Source: an uncultured Chloroflexia bacterium (GTDB lineage: Bacteria; Chloroflexota; Anaerolineae; Anaerolineales; Anaerolineaceae). From it: a stretch of DNA of 32,000 nt. The DNA lies in the NCBI GenBank assembly GCA_963704755.1, contig OY969938.1, positions 2,100,001-2,132,000 on the forward strand, written 5' to 3'. The translations under genes were made by a program, and so were the position numbers. The notes under the pieces are model-generated. The model was not told the origin of the DNA and did no database searches. It was given only the letters and a program-made list of their open reading frames with translations. Below, in pieces: positions 1-8,138 of this stretch; the stretch's first letter is position 1, and the number at the start of each line of letters is the position of its first letter.

Positions 1-230
1 TAAAAGGGCCTCGTCGTAGGGTGCGTTTGAGGGCTGACTTTCCTGATGGCGGCGGATCACCAGCCCATTTGCCCACATCGGCGTGCCCGAAACGCACCGA
101 TATGACGCTGTTCTTAACAAGCACTAAGGATAGGAAAGGGGGCTTGGAAAAAGCGTTCGGCCCGGTCTCCAGACCGAGGCCGCTCTTATTGGCTGGTCAG
201 GCATTGTCCCGCAGGCGCAGTGCTCAGAAA

Positions 231-407
231 TGTAGGGTGGGTGCAGGGCTCATTTAGAACGCTGGCGACCTACCCGCCGGCAAGACCTACGAAACCTTGC
301 CCGTAACCCACTGTTATGTCCGGATGGTGGGTTACGGGCAATTCCCGGGTTGGGACATCGGCTCTTTATTCGCCAGTCTAGCTTTTGAGCCCTGCACCCA
401 CCCTACA
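231..407. repeat. MITE-like palindromic element (177 bp) with perfect 22-bp terminal inverted repeats and an internal 15-bp-stem hairpin
   Basis: tgtagggtgggtgcagggctca (231-252) is the exact reverse complement of tgagccctgcacccaccctaca (386-407). The inner hairpin is ttgcccgtaacccac (297-311) / gtgggttacgggcaa (327-341). No coding capacity. A related solo end occurs at 13382-13403. Confidence 0.6.
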
Positions 408-473
408 GCGCTGATACACCCCCACATATCCCCCGGCTTCGAAAGCCGGGCTACCCTACCCGGCACGCCCCCC

Positions 474-2882
474 TCATTCCCCCCGCCCAACGATCTCCAT
501 AAACGCCGCCACCACTTGCGGATCGAACAGCACCCCGGCATTGGCCTGGATGTATTGCAAAGCCTTCTCGCGCGGCCAGGCCGGCCGGAACGGCCGGTCG
601 GATTGGAGCGCGTCCCAAACATCCACCACCGCAAAGACCCGCGCGGCCAGCGGGATGCTCTCGCTCTGCAAGCCCAGCGGATAGCCCGACCCATCCCAGC
701 GCTCGTGGTGAAAATAGGGCACATCGAGCGCCCGGCGCAAAAACTGGATCGGCGCCAACATCTGCCGGGCAAAAATGGGGTGTTGTTTTACCAGCTCCCA
801 ATCCTTCTCATCCAACGGCTCAGGCTTGAACAGAATTTCATCCGGGATGGCCATCATACCGATATCGTGCAGCAGAGCCCCGCGGCGTAAATGGATCAGC
901 TCGGTATCGTTCATGCGCATCAGCCGGCCCAATTCCAGCGCCAGCTCGGTTGTCCGCTGGGTTTGCCCCTCGTTATCCTTGTTGTGCAGCTCGAGCGCTC
1001 GCGCCCAACCTTCCAGGGTCGCGTCATACGAGCGGATCAAATCGAAATTTGTGCGCTGTAAACTCTGGAACAGCCCGGCGCTGTCGATCGCGATCGCGGC
1101 CTGGCCGCCAAGTGTCTCCAGAAAGTCGGTCCAATCCGCCGTAGCCTCGAACTTTTCGCGTTTGAATACCTCCAATACGCCCTTTACTATTCCCTTTGAG
1201 ATCAACGGGACGGCATATCCCGTCCGAAAGCCCAGGGCCACCAGGAGGGCCAGCCGCGGGTTGTCTCGTCCAGCCGTCTGCAGATCGTCGATGGCGATCA
1301 ATTTTCGTTCCAAAACCGCCCGGCCGGCCAGCTTTTCATCCAGGCGAATGGCCTCACGATAAGCAGGCCCCAAATTGATTCCCCGGCTGGCAGAATAATC
1401 CAGGTGGAAGAAATTCGGGTCGATCAGCAGCACATCGGCAGCCGCTGGCCCAAGAAGAGAAATGACATAATTCAAAAATGCATCCAGGGTCACCTGCAAA
1501 TCGGTGCTGGACGAAATCATCTGGTCGATCTCACGCAGCGCTTTCAGGCGCTCCAAATGCTGCTGAACCTGCTGCTCGGTGCGTCTCCGGTCGGTAATAT
1601 CCCGCACGATCCCCTGGATGTACAACGGATCGCCTTTGAGGTCGCGGATCAAGGTGGCATTGATTTCCACCGGGACGTTGCTGCCATCTTTTTTGAGCAA
1701 TAACCGCTCGTACAACGGCACAGGTTCCGTAGCCAACAGACTCTCCCGTACCCGGATCGAATCGGGGTAATCGAAGGGCAGCACCACATCTTGCAAACTT
1801 CTTCCGATCAATTCCTCAACGGTGTAGCCCAGCAGATCAGCAGCTTTTTGATTTCCGGCAATAAAGACGTTCTCGAGGTCCATCAGGAAGATGGCATCGT
1901 TGGCGTTTTCGAACAGGCTGCGGTACAGGTGTTCGCGTTGATCGAGTTCCTGCTCGGCCAGGGTACGATCGGTCACATCTCGCACGGCAATGACCGTGGC
2001 CGGCCGGCCGCGGTAGGTCTGATTCCGGGAAATTGTCTCGATATAGAGCGAAGAGCCATCTTTACGCCGCACCGGCCGATCGCTGGGATGGCTGCCGTTG
2101 CCCAAAGTGATAACGTCCATATCGGACCGGGCGGCCGGCGGGAACAGGCTCATGACCGACTTTCCCAGTAATTCCGCCAGCTCGTAACCGAATAGCCTGG
2201 CAAAACCAGGATTAGCGTCCCGGATAATATCGCCGGAAAGAATGCAAACCCCTTCGTAACTGGTTTCCAGCAATGTGCGGTAACGTTCCTCGTTTTCGAT
2301 CAGCACTTGCCGGCGATGATCCTCTTGCTGGTTGCGATTGCGGACTACTACGACCGTCAGCACACCCGAGAGCAGCACAAAAAAGACCGGCCCAATGACC
2401 ACGTCAACGACGGGAAAATGAAAAAAGAAAACCGATGGGACAAATACGCCCAGAATAAACAAAACGGTCAGGAAAAGGATCGTCCGATCAGAAAAGAACA
2501 AGCTGGCAAACAGCAAAGGCAGGAACAGGTAATACAAAAAGCCCAGATCGACCGGCAGCCCGTAGGTGTAAAAGGTCATCACCAGAATGGAGAGGGCCAG
2601 GACCAGGATCGTTATCCAGGTCGATGAGATAAGGTACCCCCTGCGGTTGAGCAAGAAAGCCAACCCGAACAGCAAGACGGCCGTAACCACCATCCAATGG
2701 CCGCCATAGTCCGCGTAATAGTTTGTCAGGACAACATAGACTTCGAGAACCCCGCTGAGCGTGACCATCAAAATCTGCATGGTTGCCAGCAACCGTGATT
2801 GAAGCAATCTGTCGGGTCGATCGATCGGTACCGCTGGGGAAACCAACCAATCCCAGGCTTTATGCAGATTTCTATTTATCAT
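474..2882 (-). CDS. Multi-sensor signalling protein: N-terminal polytopic membrane domain, two PAS domains, GAF domain, C-terminal HD-GYP phosphodiesterase domain
   Basis: 802-aa ORF with an ATG start. The C-terminus carries HDIGMMAIP...HHERWDGSGYPLGL (HD and GYP signatures). The centre has PAS-like repeats (VRDVTDRTLAEQEL, VRDITDRRRTEQQ). About 6 hydrophobic helices lie in the first 190 aa. Confidence 0.85.
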   Translation of the reverse strand: MINRNLHKAWDWLVSPAVPIDRPDRLLQSRLLATMQILMVTLSGVLEVYVVLTNYYADYGGHWMVVTAVLLFGLAFLLNRRGYLISSTWITILVLALSILVMTFYTYGLPVDLGFLYYLFLPLLFASLFFSDRTILFLTVLFILGVFVPSVFFFHFPVVDVVIGPVFFVLLSGVLTVVVVRNRNQQEDHRRQVLIENEERYRTLLETSYEGVCILSGDIIRDANPGFARLFGYELAELLGKSVMSLFPPAARSDMDVITLGNGSHPSDRPVRRKDGSSLYIETISRNQTYRGRPATVIAVRDVTDRTLAEQELDQREHLYRSLFENANDAIFLMDLENVFIAGNQKAADLLGYTVEELIGRSLQDVVLPFDYPDSIRVRESLLATEPVPLYERLLLKKDGSNVPVEINATLIRDLKGDPLYIQGIVRDITDRRRTEQQVQQHLERLKALREIDQMISSSTDLQVTLDAFLNYVISLLGPAAADVLLIDPNFFHLDYSASRGINLGPAYREAIRLDEKLAGRAVLERKLIAIDDLQTAGRDNPRLALLVALGFRTGYAVPLISKGIVKGVLEVFKREKFEATADWTDFLETLGGQAAIAIDSAGLFQSLQRTNFDLIRSYDATLEGWARALELHNKDNEGQTQRTTELALELGRLMRMNDTELIHLRRGALLHDIGMMAIPDEILFKPEPLDEKDWELVKQHPIFARQMLAPIQFLRRALDVPYFHHERWDGSGYPLGLQSESIPLAARVFAVVDVWDALQSDRPFRPAWPREKALQYIQANAGVLFDPQVVAAFMEIVGRGE

Positions 2883-3020
2883 CGCTAAGAACCAGTAGAA
2901 ACCGCCCCCTTTATAGGGTCAATTTTATCCATTTTCAGACCCCTATTTTACCCCTGTTCTCCTGGCCTACCGGGCAGTTAATGGAAATGCAAACCTTTTG
3001 AATCGAAATTTAACGCTGCC

Positions 3021-4889
3021 TTACCTTGCAGAACTTTCCAGGGCATAAATATAAACCCCATCCCGCTGAAAAATATTCGTGACCCCCTGGCATGCTGAAA
3101 AACCTTCGGGCTGCATGCTGCCCGTCCCCTGGCGAAGATACAGATAACTGGCTCCACTTTCGTCCACCAGATTCCAGAAACCCGTATCACAGGTGGTCAA
3201 CGCGGTGGAGGTTTTCGCCCAATCGTTGATCTGCTCCACGGTAGCGCCCGGCCCCAGGGTGTACAATGCCGGCGGCAAGGTTGTTTTCCGGCCGGTCAGC
3301 GCCGGAATCCAGTAACCTCCATCCACGCCGCGGTAGGTTGTGCCCATCCAGACCGTGGTGTTGATCAAAAACACCGCGTCTGGCGGGGTATTTTCCTGCA
3401 GCCAATTCATGGCCTCCAGATCGGCTGCCTGCACCAGAACGGTGTCCCGGTTGATCACGTCGCGGGTGCTCCAGGCGCCCCAGAGCACGCTCCCCAGGGC
3501 CGCTAACAGGAGGACAGCCTGGCCGCCAACTTTCAGCCATGGACGCGCCAGCCGGGCGCACAGGTCCACTACCTCGAAGATCCCCGCTGAAAGCAGCAGC
3601 GCCGCCGGCAGGAACAGGATTATAGCCATATGATCCGGCCGGTAAGGCCCAATCCGCGGCCCCCAGGGCAAGGTCAGCAAGGCGATCAGTAAGCCCCAAA
3701 CGGCCAGCGCCCGTGACTTTCCTCGCCAGAGGGCCACCACCAGCCCAGCCGCCGCCAATCCCAGCAAAATAGCGTTGAAGCGCGGCCCTAACAGGTACAA
3801 AATGTACTGCCAGTAGGCCGACTGGTCGCCGGCTGCCGGGCTGACAAAGCCAACGTCGAAGCTGCCGCCTTGGGCCTGGAAAACCCGCACCAGCCAGGGC
3901 GTGGTCAAGGCTACTCCGGCCAACGCGACCAGCCCGGCCTGCCAGAGGCCATCCAAAGGCCGGATGCCCGGCTCGTTCCGCCGCCCAAACCAGGCCGTGA
4001 TCGCCCGCTCGGCCAGGAAAATAGCCGTGAACAGTCCCAGCAGGTACAGGGCGGTCAGGTGAGTCAACGCCACCCCGGCGGTTAGCAGACCCAGGTTGAG
4101 CATATGGTTAACTTTGCCGGGCTCGCGTACCGCCCGGATCAACGCGGCCATGGCCAGGGGCATCACCACCAGCCCGGCCGCCAGGGTGTAGCGCCCCCAG
4201 GAGACGTAATAGGCCGGCATCTGGCTGGCAAAGGCTACCAGCAGCGCCGCCAGGGCCGCCCGGCGCCAGTCCGGCCAGATTTCATGCGCCAGCCGGTACA
4301 CCGCAAGGGCTACCAGGCCGTTCAGAGCCTGGCCAAACCACAAAACGCTCTGCGCGGCCGGCAGCCCGGAAATCGCGGCAAACAGGGCCGTCACCAGGTG
4401 AAAGCCGTAGTGGTAGCCCAGCGGGGCCTGGATGACCGGCTCCAAAGTGGCGGGCACGCCGCCGTGGGCCAGGATCAACTGCACAATCAGGGTATGGTGG
4501 AGCGAATCCACCCAGGCGGGCAGCAGCAAGGTGTGAGCCTGGTACAAACGCCAGGCCACCACCGCGGCGATGCCTGCTAGGCCGGCCAAACCGGCCAGCC
4601 AGCCCCAGGGCCGGAAGCTCGGCCGGCGTCGCCACAGGCCAGCCAGCAAAGCCAGCAGGCAAAGCCCGTAGCCGATCTCCAGATGGATGGCCCGGAACTG
4701 CCAGCCTGCTAGAAAACCCAGCAAACCGATCAGAGTATATAGACTGATCGACAGCCCAACCGCATCCGCCAGGTTTTCCAGCCAGCTCTGGCGGTCGCCG
4801 AACCAGGCCAGCCAGGCCGCGCCCGGCAGGGCCAGGACCAGGATGCCGGCCAGGACCGCCCAGGCCAATGTATGTGCAGGGAATGTCAT
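3021..4889 (-). CDS. Large polytopic membrane protein with C-terminal extracytoplasmic domain (GT-C-like / uncharacterised integral membrane family)
   Basis: Long ORF with more than 12 hydrophobic segments, followed by a soluble approx 170-aa tail. The track start at 4973 is TTG and overlaps the upstream gene by 46 nt. I prefer the in-frame ATG at 4889 (MTFPAHTLAW...). Function is not identifiable from motifs alone. Confidence 0.55.
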   Translation of the reverse strand: MTFPAHTLAWAVLAGILVLALPGAAWLAWFGDRQSWLENLADAVGLSISLYTLIGLLGFLAGWQFRAIHLEIGYGLCLLALLAGLWRRRPSFRPWGWLAGLAGLAGIAAVVAWRLYQAHTLLLPAWVDSLHHTLIVQLILAHGGVPATLEPVIQAPLGYHYGFHLVTALFAAISGLPAAQSVLWFGQALNGLVALAVYRLAHEIWPDWRRAALAALLVAFASQMPAYYVSWGRYTLAAGLVVMPLAMAALIRAVREPGKVNHMLNLGLLTAGVALTHLTALYLLGLFTAIFLAERAITAWFGRRNEPGIRPLDGLWQAGLVALAGVALTTPWLVRVFQAQGGSFDVGFVSPAAGDQSAYWQYILYLLGPRFNAILLGLAAAGLVVALWRGKSRALAVWGLLIALLTLPWGPRIGPYRPDHMAIILFLPAALLLSAGIFEVVDLCARLARPWLKVGGQAVLLLAALGSVLWGAWSTRDVINRDTVLVQAADLEAMNWLQENTPPDAVFLINTTVWMGTTYRGVDGGYWIPALTGRKTTLPPALYTLGPGATVEQINDWAKTSTALTTCDTGFWNLVDESGASYLYLRQGTGSMQPEGFSACQGVTNIFQRDGVYIYALESSAR

Positions 4890-4927
4890 CGATGCGGACA
4901 AAGCACCATCGATTATATCAAAGTGGG

Positions 4928-5455
4928 CTACTGGCGCGGCGAGGTCCGTTTCAATTCGCGGATGCGCAGCCAAACCCGCAGCATGATGAACAGAAACAAG
5001 GCCAGGAACGCACTGTACACCACCTTGACCACCAACGACATGTGATCCGATGACAGGATGGCCGTATCGACCAGCAGGAACAACGGCAGAAGCAAGTAGA
5101 ACAGCAGGCGCTGGTATTTGGCCACCTTGGATGAATTATCGCTGAAAATCTCCTCGCTCTGGCCCTGTCCGGCCGGCTTACGGAAGTAGTGCCAGCCGCC
5201 CAGTTCGCCCACATAATCCCAGCCGCTGTCCTGAAAGAGCTGGAAATAATCTTTCAATTCGCTGCGGGCCTTGTTCTGAAAATCCAGGCGATAAACGTAC
5301 TCACCCGGCTCGCCCTTCACGAACGAGTAGAACCCCAAAGCATACGCATGGGCCAGGTACCAGCCCTGGCGGGCCCGTTCATGCAGCCAGACTTCCTCGT
5401 CTTCATCCTGCCAGGGCAGAAAAATTCGGTGAAATGTTTTCGTAGTAGGTTTCAT
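4928..5455 (-). CDS. DUF2812-family membrane protein (usual partner of PadR regulators)
   Basis: The N-terminal soluble region (WLHERARQGWYL...YVYRLDF) is followed by two C-terminal TM helices. A strong SD (gggagggg) lies just upstream of the ATG at 5455. It sits downstream of padR on the same strand. Confidence 0.7.
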   Translation of the reverse strand: MKPTTKTFHRIFLPWQDEDEEVWLHERARQGWYLAHAYALGFYSFVKGEPGEYVYRLDFQNKARSELKDYFQLFQDSGWDYVGELGGWHYFRKPAGQGQSEEIFSDNSSKVAKYQRLLFYLLLPLFLLVDTAILSSDHMSLVVKVVYSAFLALFLFIMLRVWLRIRELKRTSPRQ

Positions 5456-5532
5456 TTTCCCCTCCCAACGGCCTGCCTTTCCGGCAAGCTCGATTTTCCT
5501 TGTTTAAGAATTTCATAAGGAACCACAGATGC

Positions 5533-5636
5533 ACACAGATAAAGAATAAGAAAAAAGAAGACTTTTTGAAGGCATTCTTTATAAAACAGACAAAAGCTTT
5601 TCCTTCATTTTTTATATTCTTTTTCTTTATCTATGT
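5533..5636. repeat. AT-rich imperfect inverted repeat in the padR-DUF2812 spacer
   Basis: acacagataaagaa (5533-5546) versus the reverse complement of ttctttatctatgt (5623-5636) matches 13/14. A/T-rich runs flank both arms. The whole 5500-5650 stretch is far more AT-rich than the rest of the window. Confidence 0.45.
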
Positions 5637-5656
5637 TTATCCGTGTCCATCCATGG

Positions 5657-5998
5657 CTAATCCTTCCTGCCGTCCAGCAAGGAAGCGCCGTTCTCCACCA
5701 TCACTTGCAGCCGCTCGACCTGGCTGCGCAGCACCTGCACGCCGCGGGGAGTCAACTGGTAGTACTTGCGCCGCTCTTCCTCGCCGGTCTTGACGATCAG
5801 CTTTTCGCCCTCCAGGGTGGAGAACACCCCGTACAGCGTGCCGGGCCCCAGCTTGACCACCCCCCGGCTCATTTCCTCTACCTTTTGCATCACGCCGTAG
5901 CCGTGCAGCGGCTCCACCAGCGCCAGCATGATGTAGTAAGTGGCTTCGGTCAGGGGTAAGAATTTGTTGTTTTCGTCTTTTGCCATAAGGTTTCCCAT
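5657..5998 (-). CDS. PadR-family transcriptional regulator
   Basis: 113 aa with a winged-helix PadR signature: YYIMLALVEPLHGYGVMQKVEEMSRGVVKLGPGTLYGVFSTLEGEKLI...RKYYQLTPRG. An alternative ATG at 5986 is possible. Confidence 0.85.
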   Translation of the reverse strand: MGNLMAKDENNKFLPLTEATYYIMLALVEPLHGYGVMQKVEEMSRGVVKLGPGTLYGVFSTLEGEKLIVKTGEEERRKYYQLTPRGVQVLRSQVERLQVMVENGASLLDGRKD

Positions 5999-6271
5999 CT
6001 ATACTCGGTGCCCGCTATACCGGGACGCGTTGTATCAGTTTCCGTTGTATCAACTACCGATATATCGAACAACGATATAATAGCATGACTAAACCGGGCT
6101 GTCAAGAGGGGATTTTCCCAATTTTGCGCAGCAATTCCTGAATTAAGCCTTCCTCCCATCGATTTGCGTCCTTTTCGGGCCCTGCCCGTCTTAACCATTT
6201 AAATAAACCCGATGCTTAAAAACAGGCTGGCTCGGTACTGTTGCCAGCCAGATCAACCAAGGAGAATATCA

Positions 6272-7003
6272 ATGGACGACCAAAAAATCAAAAGTGAAGT
6301 ACGCCAGCATTACGCCAGTATCGCTACCAGCCGCAGTGCAGGCTGCTGCTCCGGTGACAGCAGTTGCTGCGCAACACCAACCATAGACTTAAGCGACAGT
6401 CCGGCCATCGCCGAGGCCGACCTGGGCTTGAGCTGCGGGCTGCCCACCCAGTTCGCCGGCATCCGGCCCGGCGACACCGTCCTCGACCTGGGCAGCGGTG
6501 CCGGGGTGGACGCGCTGCGGGCTGCCCGGCTGGTTACCGCCAGCGGGCGGGTCATCGGCGTGGACATGACCCCCGAGATGATCGAGCGGGCCAGCGAGAA
6601 CGCCCGCAAGTCCGGCGACACCAACCTGGAATTCCGCCTGGGCGAGATCGAAGCCCTGCCGGTCGAAGACAACTCGGTGGACGTGGTGCTCTCCAACTGT
6701 GTCATCAATCTCGTGCCGGACAAACACCTTGCCTTCCGGGAGATCCACCGTGTGCTCAAGCCCGGCGGCCATTTCAGCATAGCAGATATCGTCACCTACG
6801 GCGAGGTACCCCCCGAGGTCCGCCAGGACCTTGCCGCCTGGGCCGGCTGCCTGGCCGGCGCCCTGGACCAAGAGGCCTACCTGGCGCTCATCCGCGAAAG
6901 CGGCTTCCCGGATGTATCCATCGACCAGTTGCTGGAGTATGATAAAGATAATGACCAGAATTATGGCACTGCCAGTATCACCATCCGTGCGACCAAAGTA
7001 TGA
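6272..7003 (+). CDS. arsM: Arsenite S-adenosylmethionine methyltransferase-like protein (ArsM/AS3MT family, short form)
   Basis: VRQHYASIA..., the SAM motif VLDLGSGAGVD, SNCVINLVPDK, WAGCLAGAL, and an N-terminal vicinal Cys cluster CCSGDSSCC. I chose the ATG at 6272, preceded by aaggag, rather than the track start at 6212. Confidence 0.75.
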   Translation: MDDQKIKSEVRQHYASIATSRSAGCCSGDSSCCATPTIDLSDSPAIAEADLGLSCGLPTQFAGIRPGDTVLDLGSGAGVDALRAARLVTASGRVIGVDMTPEMIERASENARKSGDTNLEFRLGEIEALPVEDNSVDVVLSNCVINLVPDKHLAFREIHRVLKPGGHFSIADIVTYGEVPPEVRQDLAAWAGCLAGALDQEAYLALIRESGFPDVSIDQLLEYDKDNDQNYGTASITIRATKV

Positions 7004-7572
7004 GCCGATCGACCGCCGAGATCTGGGAAGATTTTAACCGCGAGATCCACGCCTTCGTCAGCCGGCGGGTCGCCGACCCCGACGACGCCGAAGATCTTGT
7101 TCAGGATATCTTTGTCAAAATCCACACCCACATCGATACCCTGGCCGATGAAGAGCGCCTGGTGCCCTGGCTGTACCGCATCGCGCGCAACGCGGTCAAC
7201 GACTACTACCGCGGCCCCCGCCCGGCCCTCGACCTGCCGGACACGCTGCCGGTCGATTCGCCAGACCCGGATCCCGGCCCGGATGCCTTTCAAAGCCTGG
7301 CTTCCGGCATGCAAGAAATGATCGCCGGCCTGCCGGAAAAATACCGGCAGGCCGTATACCTTTCCGAGATTCAGGGCCTGAGCCAGCAAGGGCTGGCCGA
7401 ACGCAGCGGCCTCTCACTCAGCGGGGCAAAATCACGAGTCCAGCGCGGCCGGGCATTGTTACGCCAGTCCCTGTACGACTGCTGCCATTTCGAATTCGAC
7501 CGCCGCAACCACGTCATCGCCTACACCCCCCGTCCCGACTGCTGCCCGCAGTGCAGCGGCCAAACGGAATAA
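7000..7572 (+). CDS. sigZ: ECF RNA polymerase sigma factor, SigZ family, with C-terminal Cys/His-rich extension
   Basis: Region 2 (DLVQDIFVKI...WLYRIARNAVNDYYR) and region 4 (LPEKYRQAVYLSEIQGLSQQGLAERSGLSLSGAKSRVQRGR) are followed by CCHFEFDRRNHVIAYTPRPDCCPQCSG. The start ATG overlaps the arsM stop (ATGA at 7000-7003). Confidence 0.8.
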   Translation: MSRSTAEIWEDFNREIHAFVSRRVADPDDAEDLVQDIFVKIHTHIDTLADEERLVPWLYRIARNAVNDYYRGPRPALDLPDTLPVDSPDPDPGPDAFQSLASGMQEMIAGLPEKYRQAVYLSEIQGLSQQGLAERSGLSLSGAKSRVQRGRALLRQSLYDCCHFEFDRRNHVIAYTPRPDCCPQCSGQTE

Positions 7573-7652
7573 GGGGCTAAATATATTTACCGCAGAGGCG
7601 CAGAGCACGCAGAGAAGAAAAAATATTGATCACCCTGGTCGCCGGGTCTTAG

Positions 7653-7678
7653 CCCCTCTCCCGTTTCTGGGAGAGGGG
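7653..7678 (+). terminator. GC-rich REP-like hairpin downstream of sigZ (possible terminator/stabiliser)
   Basis: cccctctccc (7653-7662), loop gtttct, gggagagggg (7669-7678): a perfect 10-bp stem. No T-run follows, so terminator function is uncertain. A similar module occurs at 13565-13591. Confidence 0.35.
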
Positions 7679-7854
7679 TTGGGGTGAGGGCCTCGCGCCG
7701 ATGTTACCAGCCCATAGGCTGATTGGCCGGCGCTCCGTGCCTCCTCCTAACCTCCCCCAAAATCCAAAAACCGGATTTTAGGGGAGGAATTGAGATTTTA
7801 AGGGGATCAGGCAACGAGGAAATGAGGAAAAATGCTCACATCCTCATTGACTTA

Positions 7855-7998
7855 TTGTCTCGTTGCCTCATTGCCTCATTGCCTCGTTGCCTCGTTGCCT
7901 CATTTCCTCATTTCCTCATTGCCTCATTGCCTCATTTCCTCGTTTCCTCGTTGCCTTGTTGCCTTGTTGCCTTGTTGCCTCATTTCCTCCTTCCCTTC
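7855..7998. repeat. 8-nt microsatellite array, about 18 units, consensus TTGCCTCR (variants TTTCCTCR, TTGCCTTG)
   Basis: I read the units directly at a strict 8-nt register from 7855 (ttgtctcg) to 7998 (ttcccttc). An inverted partial copy, ggcaacgaggaaatgagga, lies at 7810-7828. Confidence 0.9.
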
Positions 7999-8019
7999 TC
8001 CCCCATTCCGTGCTACAAT
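7991..8019 (+). promoter_or_regulatory. Candidate extended -10 promoter for the gntR-like operon
   Basis: tgctacaat (8011-8019) fits TGnTAnAAT. The -35 position (7991-7996, ttccct) is the degenerate last unit of the octamer array. Distance to the ATG at 8139 is about 120 nt. Confidence 0.3.
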
Positions 8020-8138
8020 CTCTATTGTTCTATAACGACTATAACTATTAGGACGAAATATGATCCATCAGGCTCAACATGCAAGACAACCCTAATGCCG
8101 GTAAAGACAACAGCTCCTCCACATTTTTGCTGTTGGAA

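Noticed and set aside
21-890. ORFs 21..257, 297..890, 332..772 and 451..801
   Set aside because: They traverse MITE/REP-like repeats or run opposite to the 3' end of the HD-GYP gene, and have no motifs. The sequence at 1-473 is better explained as repeat-filled intergenic DNA.
4890-4973. TTG start at 4973 for the 650-aa membrane protein
   Set aside because: It would overlap the DUF2812 gene by 46 nt. The in-frame ATG at 4889 begins directly with the first hydrophobic helix. This remains uncertain because no strong SD precedes either start.
4928-5998. PadR/DUF2812 as a toxin-antitoxin or defence pair
   Set aside because: Both belong to a common regulator plus membrane-partner family pairing. 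Neither protein has a nuclease, kinase or other toxin-like motif.
7855-7998. Possible CRISPR array
   Set aside because: Units are 8 nt and directly abutting with no spacers. There is no leader and no cas genes. The same holds for 13621-13740 and 14523-14627. The 0.55-kb tandem units are far too long for CRISPR repeats.
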